The translations under genes were made by a program, and so were the position numbers. The notes below the pieces were generated by a model, which saw only the letters and a list, made by a program, of their open reading frames with translations, did no database searches and was not told where the DNA came from. From the NCBI GenBank assembly GCA_963716255.1, contig OY970303.1:4736001-4800000 (forward strand): a DNA stretch of 64,000 nucleotides, given 5' to 3'. Source of the DNA: an uncultured Gemmatimonadales bacterium. Lineage in GTDB: Bacteria > Gemmatimonadota > Gemmatimonadetes > Longimicrobiales > Longimicrobiaceae. Position 1 is the stretch's first letter, and each line of letters starts with the position of its first letter. Positions 38,282-48,300 of the stretch are shown one piece after another.

Positions 38282-41200
38282 CTACGTGGATGCGTCGCGC
38301 GGCGGCTGGTGCCGCTCGCCGTGGAACCGGCCGGCGAACTGCTGTATCTCCCACTCCTCGAACGTGCGGCCGCCGCACCGCAGGCTCGGCGAGCGGAAGC
38401 CGAGCGCCGCCAGGCCCCGGTAGTGCTCCAGGGACGGCTCCACCCGCACGCGCCCGATCGTCCGCGGCATCCCCAGCTCCGCGCCGGAAAGGACGCCCGA
38501 CAGCGTGCACGATGGAAGGATGTCCTCGTGCGGCGCCAGCAGCTCGGCCCGGGTGGCGGCGTCCACCCGCTCCTGGACGAGCCGGGGGACGTGCCGGATC
38601 TCGCGGATCGGCAGCGGCGACTGCACCAGCCCGGCCACCGCGAACAGGACGTCGTGCGCCCGGTCGAAGCGGCGGAAGGCCGCCTGCACGTCGAAGGAGT
38701 GCGGGTACGAGTCGTCGACGATGATCGTGCCGGGGCGAAGCCGCTCGACGTCGATCACGCTGGGGAAGTTGGTCGCGCCGAGGATCAGCGAGGCGCCGTA
38801 GACTTCGTCGCTGAGCAGCGGGTTCGAGAGCGCCACGGAGACGCGTCCCCGCATCCCGCAGCTCTGCTCCAGGCGCTCCGCGAACGCGCGCACCGCCGCC
38901 TCCCGCTGCGGGATGTCGGCGAGGACGATCCGCCCGGGCGGGTTGCCGCAGGTGGCGAGCAGGAGTTCTGTGCCCGCCACCCCGATGGAGCCCACGCCGA
39001 CCACGGCCAGCGTTTCCTCCGGCAGGCGCCTGCCGCACTCCTCCAGCGCCCGGCCCAACGTCATGACCACCGACGCGGCGGTCGTGGCGTGGCCTGTAGT
39101 GAGGGCCGGCAGGCCGCGGCCCTCGACCCGGTCCCGCAGGGCGCACCCGTAGTCGGTGGCCGAGGCGAGCAGCCCCGTGAGCGAGACGGTGGTGGCGCCG
39201 AGCGACGCGGCCAGCCGCATGGCGGCCTCCATGTGGTCCAGGAGCCCCGCGGGGTCGTCGTAGAGCCGGGAGGCGAAGCACGGCAGCGTGACCACGCCGA
39301 TGGATCCCAGGTGCGTGGCGTGGTACGAGCTGAAGAGCGGCGCGCCGCCGCTCCACTGGCGAACGATCTCGCCCGCGGGCAGCCCCGTCGCGTCCAGCAG
39401 CCGGTCGGGCAGGTAGCTGAGCGCGACCGCGTCCACGCCCGGCAGACTACCCTCGGCATGCAGCTCCAGCAGCGGGCGGCCGTCCTCGATCCGCAGCGTT
39501 TCCCCGGGCGAGGCGCAGCCGCCGGGGGGCGCCGGGCCCGCCGCCGGCACCGTGCCGCCGCCGCCGCCCCGGCGGGAGGCGATCGAGGCGGCGAGGCCGC
39601 GCGCCGTCGGCGCCAGGAAGAACTCGGAGACGTCCAGCTCGCAGCCGGTCTCCTCGTGGATCCGCCGCCGGGCCCGCACCAGGTGCATGGAGTCGGCGCC
39701 GAAGTCGAACACGTTGGCGTCGGGGTCGACGCGCTCCACGTCCAGCAGCTCCCGCCAGATGCGCTGCACGAGGTCCTGAATGGCCGCGGCCTCCGCCGGC
39801 GGTGCCGCTCCCGGCGCCCGCTCGCCCGCGGTCGCGGCTCCGCTGGGGAGGGGCGCGGGAGGACTCCCCGCGTTCCCGTTCCGGGCCGCAGGCGGCGCGC
39901 CCGCCGCGGCTACCTCGCCCGGGACCGGGGCCAGCGGAGACCCGAACATCAGCGCCACGAGCAGCTTCTTGTCGGGGGCGACGCCCAGCAGCGGCGCGAG
40001 CGCCGGGAAGTACACGTCGCCGATGGGGCACGCGGCCACCTGCGCCTGCGCCGCGCGCTCGACGAGCACCTGCATCATGGCCCCGGCTTCGAGCAGCTCG
40101 AACCGCCCGGTGAGCTCGCCGTAGACCGGAGCCATTGCCTCGGGGCACGACACCAGGAACACCGTGAACGCGCAGCGCTCGGCGAGCGACCGGTTGGGCG
40201 CGCCGTAGAGGTCCGGGACCAGGTGGCACCCGAGCGTGACCGGGACGAGCGCGGACCGCGCCGGGTCCACGAAGTAGGTGCCGCCGCTCATCCCGTCCAC
40301 GGCGCCGTCGCGTATCCACACGTAGCTCTGCACGGGGTAGAGGGCCCCTGCCGACGGCCACCGGAACTTGCCCAGCTCGTCGTCGCCGGTCTGGCCCAGC
40401 GCGGACAGGACGTTCGCCAGGTCGGTGAACGCCAGGGGCCGCCCGCCGAACGCGCGCGCGCTCGCGCGCGCCGGCTTCGCTCCGGGCTGCGCGGCGAGCC
40501 CCGGCATCGCCAGCGCGATCCGCGGCCGGGCGTCGAGGTCGCGCCGGAGCGCCCGCCGCTCCAGGCGGAGTTTCAGCCGCTCCGCCGCCACCGGCAGCCC
40601 GGCATCGGCGGCGCGGGCCGTTTCGGGAACGGCGTGCGCCGGCAGGGGCTCGTCCGCCGCCGCGGGGAAGGCGGCGGCCAGCCACGCGTCCGGCGACTCG
40701 ATCAGCGCGCGGAGGCGGCCCTGGTACAGAGCCGCCAGCTCGTCCAGCATGCCGGGGGGGAGCAGCGCCTCGACGCCGTCCCACGTGAGGACGAGCCGGC
40801 CGCCGTCTTCCCGGACCATGTGGTCGAGCCACACCTGCGGCGTCTGCGTGATCATGTAGCTGTCGGGGGTGGCCCCGTCGGCGAGCGTCCGCCGCTCCCG
40901 GTCCAGGCCCAGCTCGCTCGTGAACACCACGGGAACAGCGGGAGGCTGGGCGCCCGTCAGCTTCTGGATCTCGCGCCGGATCCGGATCGCTCCCACCAGC
41001 CCGTGGTCGAGGTCGTCCCACATCCGGGACTGGATGCGCAGGGCCCGCTCTCGGAACGTGCCGCCGCGGGCGTCTTCGATCTCCAGCGGCACGATGGAGG
41101 TGAAGTCGCCCACCATCGCCGCCACCTCGGGGTGCAGCGGCTGGCGGTCGAACTGGGTGAGGCTGATGCAGAACCTCGGCGACCTGGCGAAGCGGGCCAG

Positions 41201-44200
41201 GCACTCGGCGTAGACCGTGAGGAGCAGCGCCGACGGGGTCACGCCCGCGTCGGCGGCGGTGGCGCAGAGCCGCCGCCAGTCCTCCGGGTCGACGACGGCG
41301 TCGCGGTGGGAGAACCGGAGCGAGTCCGCGCGCCCCGGGTCCCGCGCGGCGGGGAAGTCGGGGCCGCCCGGGAGCGTGGCCAGCCTGGGACGCCAGTACG
41401 CCATGGCCCGCTCGTACTCGTCGGTGCCCTGCCTCGCCCGCTGGTGCAGCACGTAGTCGCGGAAGCTGAGCGCGATGGGGGCATACCCCTCGCCGCGCCC
41501 CTCGTAGCGGTCCAGGAGCTCGATCAGGAAGAGACGGGTGCTCTGGGCGTCGGCCATGAGCCGGTCCACGCTCACGTGCAGCACCGACGCCTCGTCCGAG
41601 AGCCGGGTGACGCGCATCTCGAACAGCGGCCACCGGTTGGCCGGGAGCACCTGGTGCGACATGCGCGCGCGCCGCGCGTGGCGGAGCACCCCGGGTGCCG
41701 CCGCCGGCTCCGCCGCTTCCTCCAGCCGGTACCAGGGGACCTCGGGAAGGATGTGCTGCAGGCCGTCGCTCGTGATGACGGCGCGCAGCATGTCGTGGCG
41801 CCGGATCACCTCGTTCCAGGCGTTCTCGAGCCGGTCCACGTCCATGGCCGGGAGCTCGAACTCCACGTACAGGTGGCAGGATACGCTGCCCGGACCGAAC
41901 AGTCCGCTGCGGCCCACCCAGTAGGCCTGCTGCACGTCGGTCAGCGGGAACGGCTCGTGCCGGCGGGCCGGGTCCGGCGCCAGGCGCGGGCGGTCGTCCC
42001 GCGAGGCCGGCGACCGCCCCCCGTCCCCCAGGCGGGCGTCCACGACGGCGCTCAGCCGGGCGATGGTGCGGTTCTCCAGCAGGTCCCGGAGCGTCACGGG
42101 GACCGCGAACTCCTCCCGCATCCTCGCGACCAGCTGCGTGGCGAGCAGCGAATGCCCGCCGAGCTCGAAGAAGTCGGCGTCGGCGTCCGGCTGCGCGATG
42201 TCCAGGACCCGCGCCCAGATCGCGCCCATGCGCGCCGAGGTGCCCACGGGGGCGGCCGCGGACTCCGGAATCGCCTCGGGGCTCGCCAGGAGGGTGGCCA
42301 GGGCGGCGCGGTCGAGCTTGTCGTTGTGGGTGAGCGGCATGCGCTCCAGGAAGACCCACCTCGCGGGCACCATGTATTCCGGCAGAGATTCGCCGAGCCG
42401 CGCGCGGAACCACCGGGGCGGGTGCTCGCGGTCCGCGACCACGAACGCCACGAGCCGGGCGCCGGGGCTTCCCGCGCCGCGCAGCAGCACCGCCGCGTCG
42501 CGGACGCCGTCCAGGCGGCGGATGGCGTGCTCGACCTCGCCCAGCTCGATCCGGTGGCCGCGCAGCTTCACCTGGTGGTCGGTCCGCCCGAGGAAGCGGA
42601 GGCGTCCCTCGCCGTCGACGCGCGCCAGGTCGCCGGAGCGGTACATCCGGCCGCCGCCCCGGGCGCCGAACGGGTCGGGCCGGAACCGCTGCGCGGTCAG
42701 ATCGGGCGCGCCGACGTAGCCGGACGCTACGCCGGCGCCCCCGATCCACAGCTCTCCCGCGGCCCCCCGGGGAAGCCGCCGGCACGCCTCGTCCAAGACG
42801 TAGAACGAGGTGTTGAGGAGCGGCCGGCCCAGCGACACCGCGCCGGTGGAAGCGTCGGCGAGCTCGCCCGACGAGTACACCGTGGTTTCCGTCGGGCCGT
42901 AGCACGTGTAGACCGCCGCCCCCGACCGCGCGGCCACCCTCGAAAGCAGCTCGAAGGGCAGGGCTTCGCCGCCCGTGATCACCAGCTCCAGGCGGGCGAG
43001 CGCGTCCTCGCCGTGGAGGTCGTCGGCGAGCATCTGCAGGAACGACGGCGTGCACTGGAGGTGCGTGGCGCCGGCCGCCAGGACGACGCCGGCCGCGGAG
43101 CGCGTCCCCGGGGCGCCGTGGATGACGATCCTCTGCCCGTTCACCAGCGGCCAGAACAGGTCGAACACGGACATGTCGAACGCGACGCTGGTCGTGGCCA
43201 GCCAGGTCCCCGCCGGCACCGGGCCCCCGCCGCCCAGCAGCGCGTCCATGCCGGCTAGGAAGTTGGCGACGTTCTCCCGCGTGACGGCGACCCCCTTGGG
43301 GCGGCCGGTGGACCCGGACGTGAAGATCACGTAGGCGGTGAGCGCGCCGTCCGTCACCGGCGCAAGGGGCTCGGACGGCGCCGCGGGCGGAACGGCGGAA
43401 AGGTCGATGCGAGCCGCTCCCGGCGCGATGTCGGGCGCGTCGCCGCCGTGCAGCAGCAGCGCGATCCCGGCACCCGCGGCGATGGCCTGGGCGCGGGGAA
43501 GGGGGGACGCGGGGTCGAGGGGGACGTAGGTGGCCCCCACCCACAGGCAGGCGAGCAGCGAGGCGACCATGTCGGTCCCCCGCTGCAGCCAGATGCCGAC
43601 GTGCGACCCGGGCGCCGCGCCCGCGCCGGCCAGCGCGGCCGCGATCGCCCGCGCGCGCGCGTCGAGCTCCCCGAACGACAGGAACGCCACGCCGTCCTCG
43701 GAAAGCGCCGGCGCGTGCGGGTCCTGCCGGACCCGGTCCGCGAACCGGTCCGCCACGTCCCGGAGACGCGCGGGGTCGCACCGGGGACCAACCGCGATCC
43801 CGTCGCTCTCGTCCAGCGCCGCCTCGTACAGCTCCGCGAGCGGGCGGTCCGGGCCGTCGAGGGCGGCGCGGACGAACCCTTCCAGGAACCGCGCCATGGA
43901 GGCGACGGTCGCGCGGTCGAACAGGTCCGTGCTGTACTCGACGACGCCGTCGATCCGCGCGCCGATCTCGGCGAGGTCGATGTCCAAGTCGAAGCGCGAC
44001 GACGCGCTCTCCAGGGGGATTACCTCGGCGGCGGCGCCGCCGAGCTGCAGGGGCGCGCCGGCCATGGACTGCATCCCCACCATCACCTGGATGAGCGGGA
44101 CGTCGCCGACGCCGCGCCGCGGCGCGAGCGCCTCCACCAGCCGCTCGAACGGGAGGCCGGCGTGCGCGAGGGCGTCGAGCACGGTCGCGCGCACCGCTGC

Positions 44201-45310
44201 GACCAGGTCGAGGAAGCTGCCGCCGGGCGGCACCGTGGTGCGCAGCACCACGGTCTCGACGAACATGCCCACCACGCTCTCGAACTCCGGCCCCTGGCGG
44301 TCGGACAGCGCGGATCCCACCACGATGTCGTCCTGCCCCGAGAACCGCGACAGGGTCGCCTTGACCGCGGCGAGCAGCACCATGAACACCGTCGCGCCGT
44401 CGGCGCGGGCGAGGCGCCCAATCCCCTCGCTCTCGCGCTCGCCGAACGCGAAGCGCACCCGGCCCCCGGCATACGAGCGCACAGCCGGCCGCACCCTGTC
44501 GGCCGGCAGCTCCAGCGTCGGCGGGGCGGACCGGAGCCGCTCCTCCCAGTGCGCCAGGAGGCGCTCGACCCCGGGATCGCCGGCCCGCGCCCGCTGCGCG
44601 CGCGCGAAGTCGCCGAAGTCGGCGGTCAGCGGAGGGAGCGCCGGCGGGCGGGCGTGAACGCTCGCGTCGTACAGCTCGCCCAGCTCCTCGAGGATGATCC
44701 GCCGCGACTGCGCGTCCGAGATGATGTGGTGGTTGACGATCACGAGCATCGCCCCGGCGTCGCCGAACTGCACGAGCGTCGCGCGGAGCAGCGGCGGCGC
44801 ATCGAGCGCGAAGGGACGCCGGCCCTGGGCCTCCGCCAGCCGGACGGCCTGGTCATGGGCCGCCCCGGCCGGCAGCGCCCGCAGGTCCACCTCCGACAGG
44901 CGCCAGCCGGCGGCCAGGACGGTGAAGGGCACCGGCGCGCCGTCGCGCTCCACGAAGCCGGTGCGGAAGCCGGGATGCCGCTCGATCAGCCGCCGGAACG
45001 CGGCTTCCAGGTGCGCGGTGTCCAGCGTTCCCCTGAGGCGCAGGGCGAAGTACTCGTTGAACGCGCTGGTGCCCGGCGTGAGCTGCTCCAGGTACCACAT
45101 GCGCCGCTGGGCCAGGGACGCCACGGATTTCCCCGCCACGGCGCGCCCGGCGCCCGGGGCGTCCTGCGGCTGCGGATCGGCCTGCAGGCGGCGCGCGAGC
45201 CTGGCGCGCGCCGCGTCCGAAAGCTTCCCGCGGCGCTCCTCCAGGTCGCGGCGCAGCCGGTCGCGCTGGCTCGCGCCGTCCCCGCCGTGCACGTCGTCGG
45301 CACCGGTCAT
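38282..45310 (-). CDS. NRPS: C-A-T-Cy-Ox(nitroreductase-like)-T-terminal NAD(P)-binding reductase-like domain
   Basis: Start is ATG 45310 (ATGA overlap), not 47860. C HHIISDAQS; A YVIFTSGSTG; T FFELGGHSL; Cy EPFPLTDVQQAYW, DRLMAD, PVVFTS, QTPQVWLD; oxidase WPSAGALYPVQ; T FDFGADSM; terminal domain TTGHATT and VVGVGSIG. Confidence 0.92.
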   Translation of the reverse strand: MTGADDVHGGDGASQRDRLRRDLEERRGKLSDAARARLARRLQADPQPQDAPGAGRAVAGKSVASLAQRRMWYLEQLTPGTSAFNEYFALRLRGTLDTAHLEAAFRRLIERHPGFRTGFVERDGAPVPFTVLAAGWRLSEVDLRALPAGAAHDQAVRLAEAQGRRPFALDAPPLLRATLVQFGDAGAMLVIVNHHIISDAQSRRIILEELGELYDASVHARPPALPPLTADFGDFARAQRARAGDPGVERLLAHWEERLRSAPPTLELPADRVRPAVRSYAGGRVRFAFGERESEGIGRLARADGATVFMVLLAAVKATLSRFSGQDDIVVGSALSDRQGPEFESVVGMFVETVVLRTTVPPGGSFLDLVAAVRATVLDALAHAGLPFERLVEALAPRRGVGDVPLIQVMVGMQSMAGAPLQLGGAAAEVIPLESASSRFDLDIDLAEIGARIDGVVEYSTDLFDRATVASMARFLEGFVRAALDGPDRPLAELYEAALDESDGIAVGPRCDPARLRDVADRFADRVRQDPHAPALSEDGVAFLSFGELDARARAIAAALAGAGAAPGSHVGIWLQRGTDMVASLLACLWVGATYVPLDPASPLPRAQAIAAGAGIALLLHGGDAPDIAPGAARIDLSAVPPAAPSEPLAPVTDGALTAYVIFTSGSTGRPKGVAVTRENVANFLAGMDALLGGGGPVPAGTWLATTSVAFDMSVFDLFWPLVNGQRIVIHGAPGTRSAAGVVLAAGATHLQCTPSFLQMLADDLHGEDALARLELVITGGEALPFELLSRVAARSGAAVYTCYGPTETTVYSSGELADASTGAVSLGRPLLNTSFYVLDEACRRLPRGAAGELWIGGAGVASGYVGAPDLTAQRFRPDPFGARGGGRMYRSGDLARVDGEGRLRFLGRTDHQVKLRGHRIELGEVEHAIRRLDGVRDAAVLLRGAGSPGARLVAFVVADREHPPRWFRARLGESLPEYMVPARWVFLERMPLTHNDKLDRAALATLLASPEAIPESAAAPVGTSARMGAIWARVLDIAQPDADADFFELGGHSLLATQLVARMREEFAVPVTLRDLLENRTIARLSAVVDARLGDGGRSPASRDDRPRLAPDPARRHEPFPLTDVQQAYWVGRSGLFGPGSVSCHLYVEFELPAMDVDRLENAWNEVIRRHDMLRAVITSDGLQHILPEVPWYRLEEAAEPAAAPGVLRHARRARMSHQVLPANRWPLFEMRVTRLSDEASVLHVSVDRLMADAQSTRLFLIELLDRYEGRGEGYAPIALSFRDYVLHQRARQGTDEYERAMAYWRPRLATLPGGPDFPAARDPGRADSLRFSHRDAVVDPEDWRRLCATAADAGVTPSALLLTVYAECLARFARSPRFCISLTQFDRQPLHPEVAAMVGDFTSIVPLEIEDARGGTFRERALRIQSRMWDDLDHGLVGAIRIRREIQKLTGAQPPAVPVVFTSELGLDRERRTLADGATPDSYMITQTPQVWLDHMVREDGGRLVLTWDGVEALLPPGMLDELAALYQGRLRALIESPDAWLAAAFPAAADEPLPAHAVPETARAADAGLPVAAERLKLRLERRALRRDLDARPRIALAMPGLAAQPGAKPARASARAFGGRPLAFTDLANVLSALGQTGDDELGKFRWPSAGALYPVQSYVWIRDGAVDGMSGGTYFVDPARSALVPVTLGCHLVPDLYGAPNRSLAERCAFTVFLVSCPEAMAPVYGELTGRFELLEAGAMMQVLVERAAQAQVAACPIGDVYFPALAPLLGVAPDKKLLVALMFGSPLAPVPGEVAAAGAPPAARNGNAGSPPAPLPSGAATAGERAPGAAPPAEAAAIQDLVQRIWRELLDVERVDPDANVFDFGADSMHLVRARRRIHEETGCELDVSEFFLAPTARGLAASIASRRGGGGGTVPAAGPAPPGGCASPGETLRIEDGRPLLELHAEGSLPGVDAVALSYLPDRLLDATGLPAGEIVRQWSGGAPLFSSYHATHLGSIGVVTLPCFASRLYDDPAGLLDHMEAAMRLAASLGATTVSLTGLLASATDYGCALRDRVEGRGLPALTTGHATTAASVVMTLGRALEECGRRLPEETLAVVGVGSIGVAGTELLLATCGNPPGRIVLADIPQREAAVRAFAERLEQSCGMRGRVSVALSNPLLSDEVYGASLILGATNFPSVIDVERLRPGTIIVDDSYPHSFDVQAAFRRFDRAHDVLFAVAGLVQSPLPIREIRHVPRLVQERVDAATRAELLAPHEDILPSCTLSGVLSGAELGMPRTIGRVRVEPSLEHYRGLAALGFRSPSLRCGGRTFEEWEIQQFAGRFHGERHQPPRDAST

Positions 45311-48300
45311 GGCTCCGCCTCCACCTCGTTGAGGATCAGCGCTTCGATCTCGAGCGCGATGTCGGCAATGCACCCCTGCGCGAACATCTGTGTGATCGGG
45401 ATCGCCACCTCGAACTCGCGGCGCAGGCGCGCCACGATCTGCGCCGCCAGCAGCGAATGGCCGCCGAGCACGATGAAGTTGTCGTGCACCCCGATCGGCG
45501 CGATGCCGAGGTATTCCTCCCAGATCGCCACGAGGCGGCGCTGGACGTCGTCCCGGGGCTCCTCGTACGGGGTCGGCATCTCGGGCCGCGGGTGGCGGGC
45601 GGCGCTCCCGGCGGGCTCCGCCTCCGCCTCCGGCATCGTGTCCTGGACCTGCCCGGGCCGGCGGGGGATCACCGCGACGTGTCCGGCCGGCCCGTCGAGG
45701 AGGGCAGACATCGCGTCCAGGCCGGCCCCGGTCGGGATCCCGCGCGCCAGGGCTGCCTGCCGGAGCGCGGCCGCGGACGGCGGCACCTGCGCCGACGCCG
45801 CCATGCCGACGTCGCGCCAGGTCTGCCAGCTCACCGAGAGCACCCGCCTCCCCCGGGCCCGCTCGGCGAGCGCCGCCGCGTCCATGAACGCGTTGGCCGC
45901 GGCGTAGTCGGCCTGTCCGTACGCGCCCATCAGGGAGGCGGCCGAGGAGCACAGCATCACCGTGACGTCCGGGTCGGCGTCCAGCGCGCGGAGGAGGTTG
46001 CGCGTGCCGGCCACCTTCGGCGCCAGCACCGCCCGCATCGCTTCCGGGTCGCGGCGGATCACCGAGCCTCCGCCCGCGAGGCCGGCGGCGTGCACGACCA
46101 CGTCGATCCCGCCCCACGCGGAGCGGACGGCGTCCAGGGCCCCGGCGAGAGCGGCCGCGTCGGTGACGTCGGCCCGGAAGAGCTGGATCCGCTCCGCCGC
46201 CTCGGGCGGCAGGGACGACCATTCGGGCCGCTGCTCCATGCCCTCCCGCGAGGCGCCCCGGGAGACGAGCGCTACGCGGTGCCCCTCCCGCGCGAAGCGG
46301 GCGGCGGCGGCCATCCCGATGCCGCCCAGCCCGCCCGTGATCACGAACCTGCGGGAGCCTGGGCTCCCCGGGCGCTGGATCGCCGCGTCGTCGCGCAGCA
46401 CCCGCCGCCAGCGGTGGCGGCCCCGCAGCGCCACGACCGGCTCCGCGGCGGACTGCATCTCCGCGAGGATCCGCAGCGCCAGGGCATGGTCGTCGCCGGC
46501 GAGGCTCGCCGGCAGGTCGACGAGGACCGCCACGACGTTGTCGAGCTCCCGGGGGACGGTCAGCGCCACGCCGACGGCCACGGCGCGCCCGGGGTGCAGC
46601 TCCTCGGAGCCGGTCACGTCGAACACGCCCGCGGTCACGATCCCCAGGACCACCCGGTGCAGGAGACCCTCGGCGACCATGGCCCGGACCAGGAACACGA
46701 GGTCGAAGAACGACGCTTCGGGGTCCACGCCCCCGCCGGCGGGCGGGCAGGCGCCCCAGCAGTGCACGATCCGCGACGGCGTGCGAACCAGCCCGCGCAT
46801 CGCGCGCAGGAGCTCGGCGTACTGCTCCGGCACCCCCGGGTCGATCTCGTAGACCCCCCGTTCGGCGCGGCGGAAGCCGCTGCCCGGGCGGACGACCGTC
46901 ACCACCTGCCCGCGGGTGGCCAGCGACTCGACGACGCCCCGCGCCGAGCCGGCCGTGTCGTCGAACACCAGCCAGTTCAGGCGCTCGCCGCGGAGGAGGC
47001 CCGGATCGACGTCCCCCGGCGCCTGCTCCCAGGACACCCGGGACACCCCGATCTCGGGATCCGCGCCGTCGCGATCCGCGCTCTGGCGGGAGGGAGGCAC
47101 GGCTCCGCGGTCCGCGGCGCGGGCCGGGGCCACCCAGTGCCTCGTGCGCTCGAACGGATACGGCGGGAGCGAGGTCATGCGCCCGTCCCGCCCGTCCGGA
47201 CCCGCGCCCCACGCGACCGGCACCCCGATCGTCCACGCGGCGGCGACCGCTTCCTCGAACGCCTGGGCCGATTCGGTGGACACCATGTCCGGCGGCTCGG
47301 CGCCGGCCGGCCTGCCCGCGCGGCCGGAGTTCACGATGCGGCGCAGCGCCTTCCCGGGCCCCACCTCGACGATTAGCGCCGCCGGCGAGGCCGCCCGCTC
47401 CAGGGCGGCGTGGAACCGGACGGGCTCGCGCAGGTGGCGCACCCAGTACTCGGCGCTCGTGGCCTCCTCGGGGGTGAGCCACGCGCCGGTGACGCTGGAG
47501 GCGATCGGGAGCGTCGGCGGGTGGAACGCCACCTCCCGGAGCGCCGCCGCGAAGGGCGCCGTGATCGCGTCGGTCGCGCGCGAGTGGAAGGCCCGCTCCA
47601 CGGGCAGCGGCACGCTGGCGATCCGCTCGTCCGAGAGCCGGGACCGGAACCGCTCGACGGCGTCGCGCGGACCGGACACCACGCAGAGGCCCGGCCCGTT
47701 GACCCCGGCCAGGTCGAGGTCGGCGGGCAGCACGCCGAGCAGCTCGTCCTCGCGGAGGACGACGGTCAGCATGGCGCCGGCCGGCAGGCCGCCCATGAGG
47801 CGGCCGCGGGCGGCGACCAGCCGGAGCGCGTCCTCGAACGTCCACACCCCGGCGACGCACGCCGCGGCATACTCCCCCAGGCTGTGGCCGAGCAGGCGGG
47901 CGGGACGCACCCCGCGCGCGGCCAGGGACCGCGTCATCGCGACCTCGTACGCGAACAGGACGGGCTGGAGCACCGCGGTGTCCGCGCTCTCCACCTCTCC
48001 GCCACCCGCGACGAAGTCGAGAAGGTCGAAGGGAACGTGCGGGGCCAGCACCGCCGCCGCCTCGGCGATGACGGCCCGGAAGACCGGGTCATACCGGTAG
48101 CGGCTGCCCGCGGCGATGTCGGGCGCGCCCCCCTGGCCGGAAAAGGCGAAGACCACCTCGGCGTCGGCGCGCTGCCGGCGGGTCCGTACGCGCTGCGTGC
48201 GCCGCTCCAGCTGGCCCGCCAACTCCAGGGCGTCGGTGCCGCACACCGCCCGGCGGTGGGCGAACGCCTGGCGGCCGTCCTGAAGGGTCCGGGCGACGTC

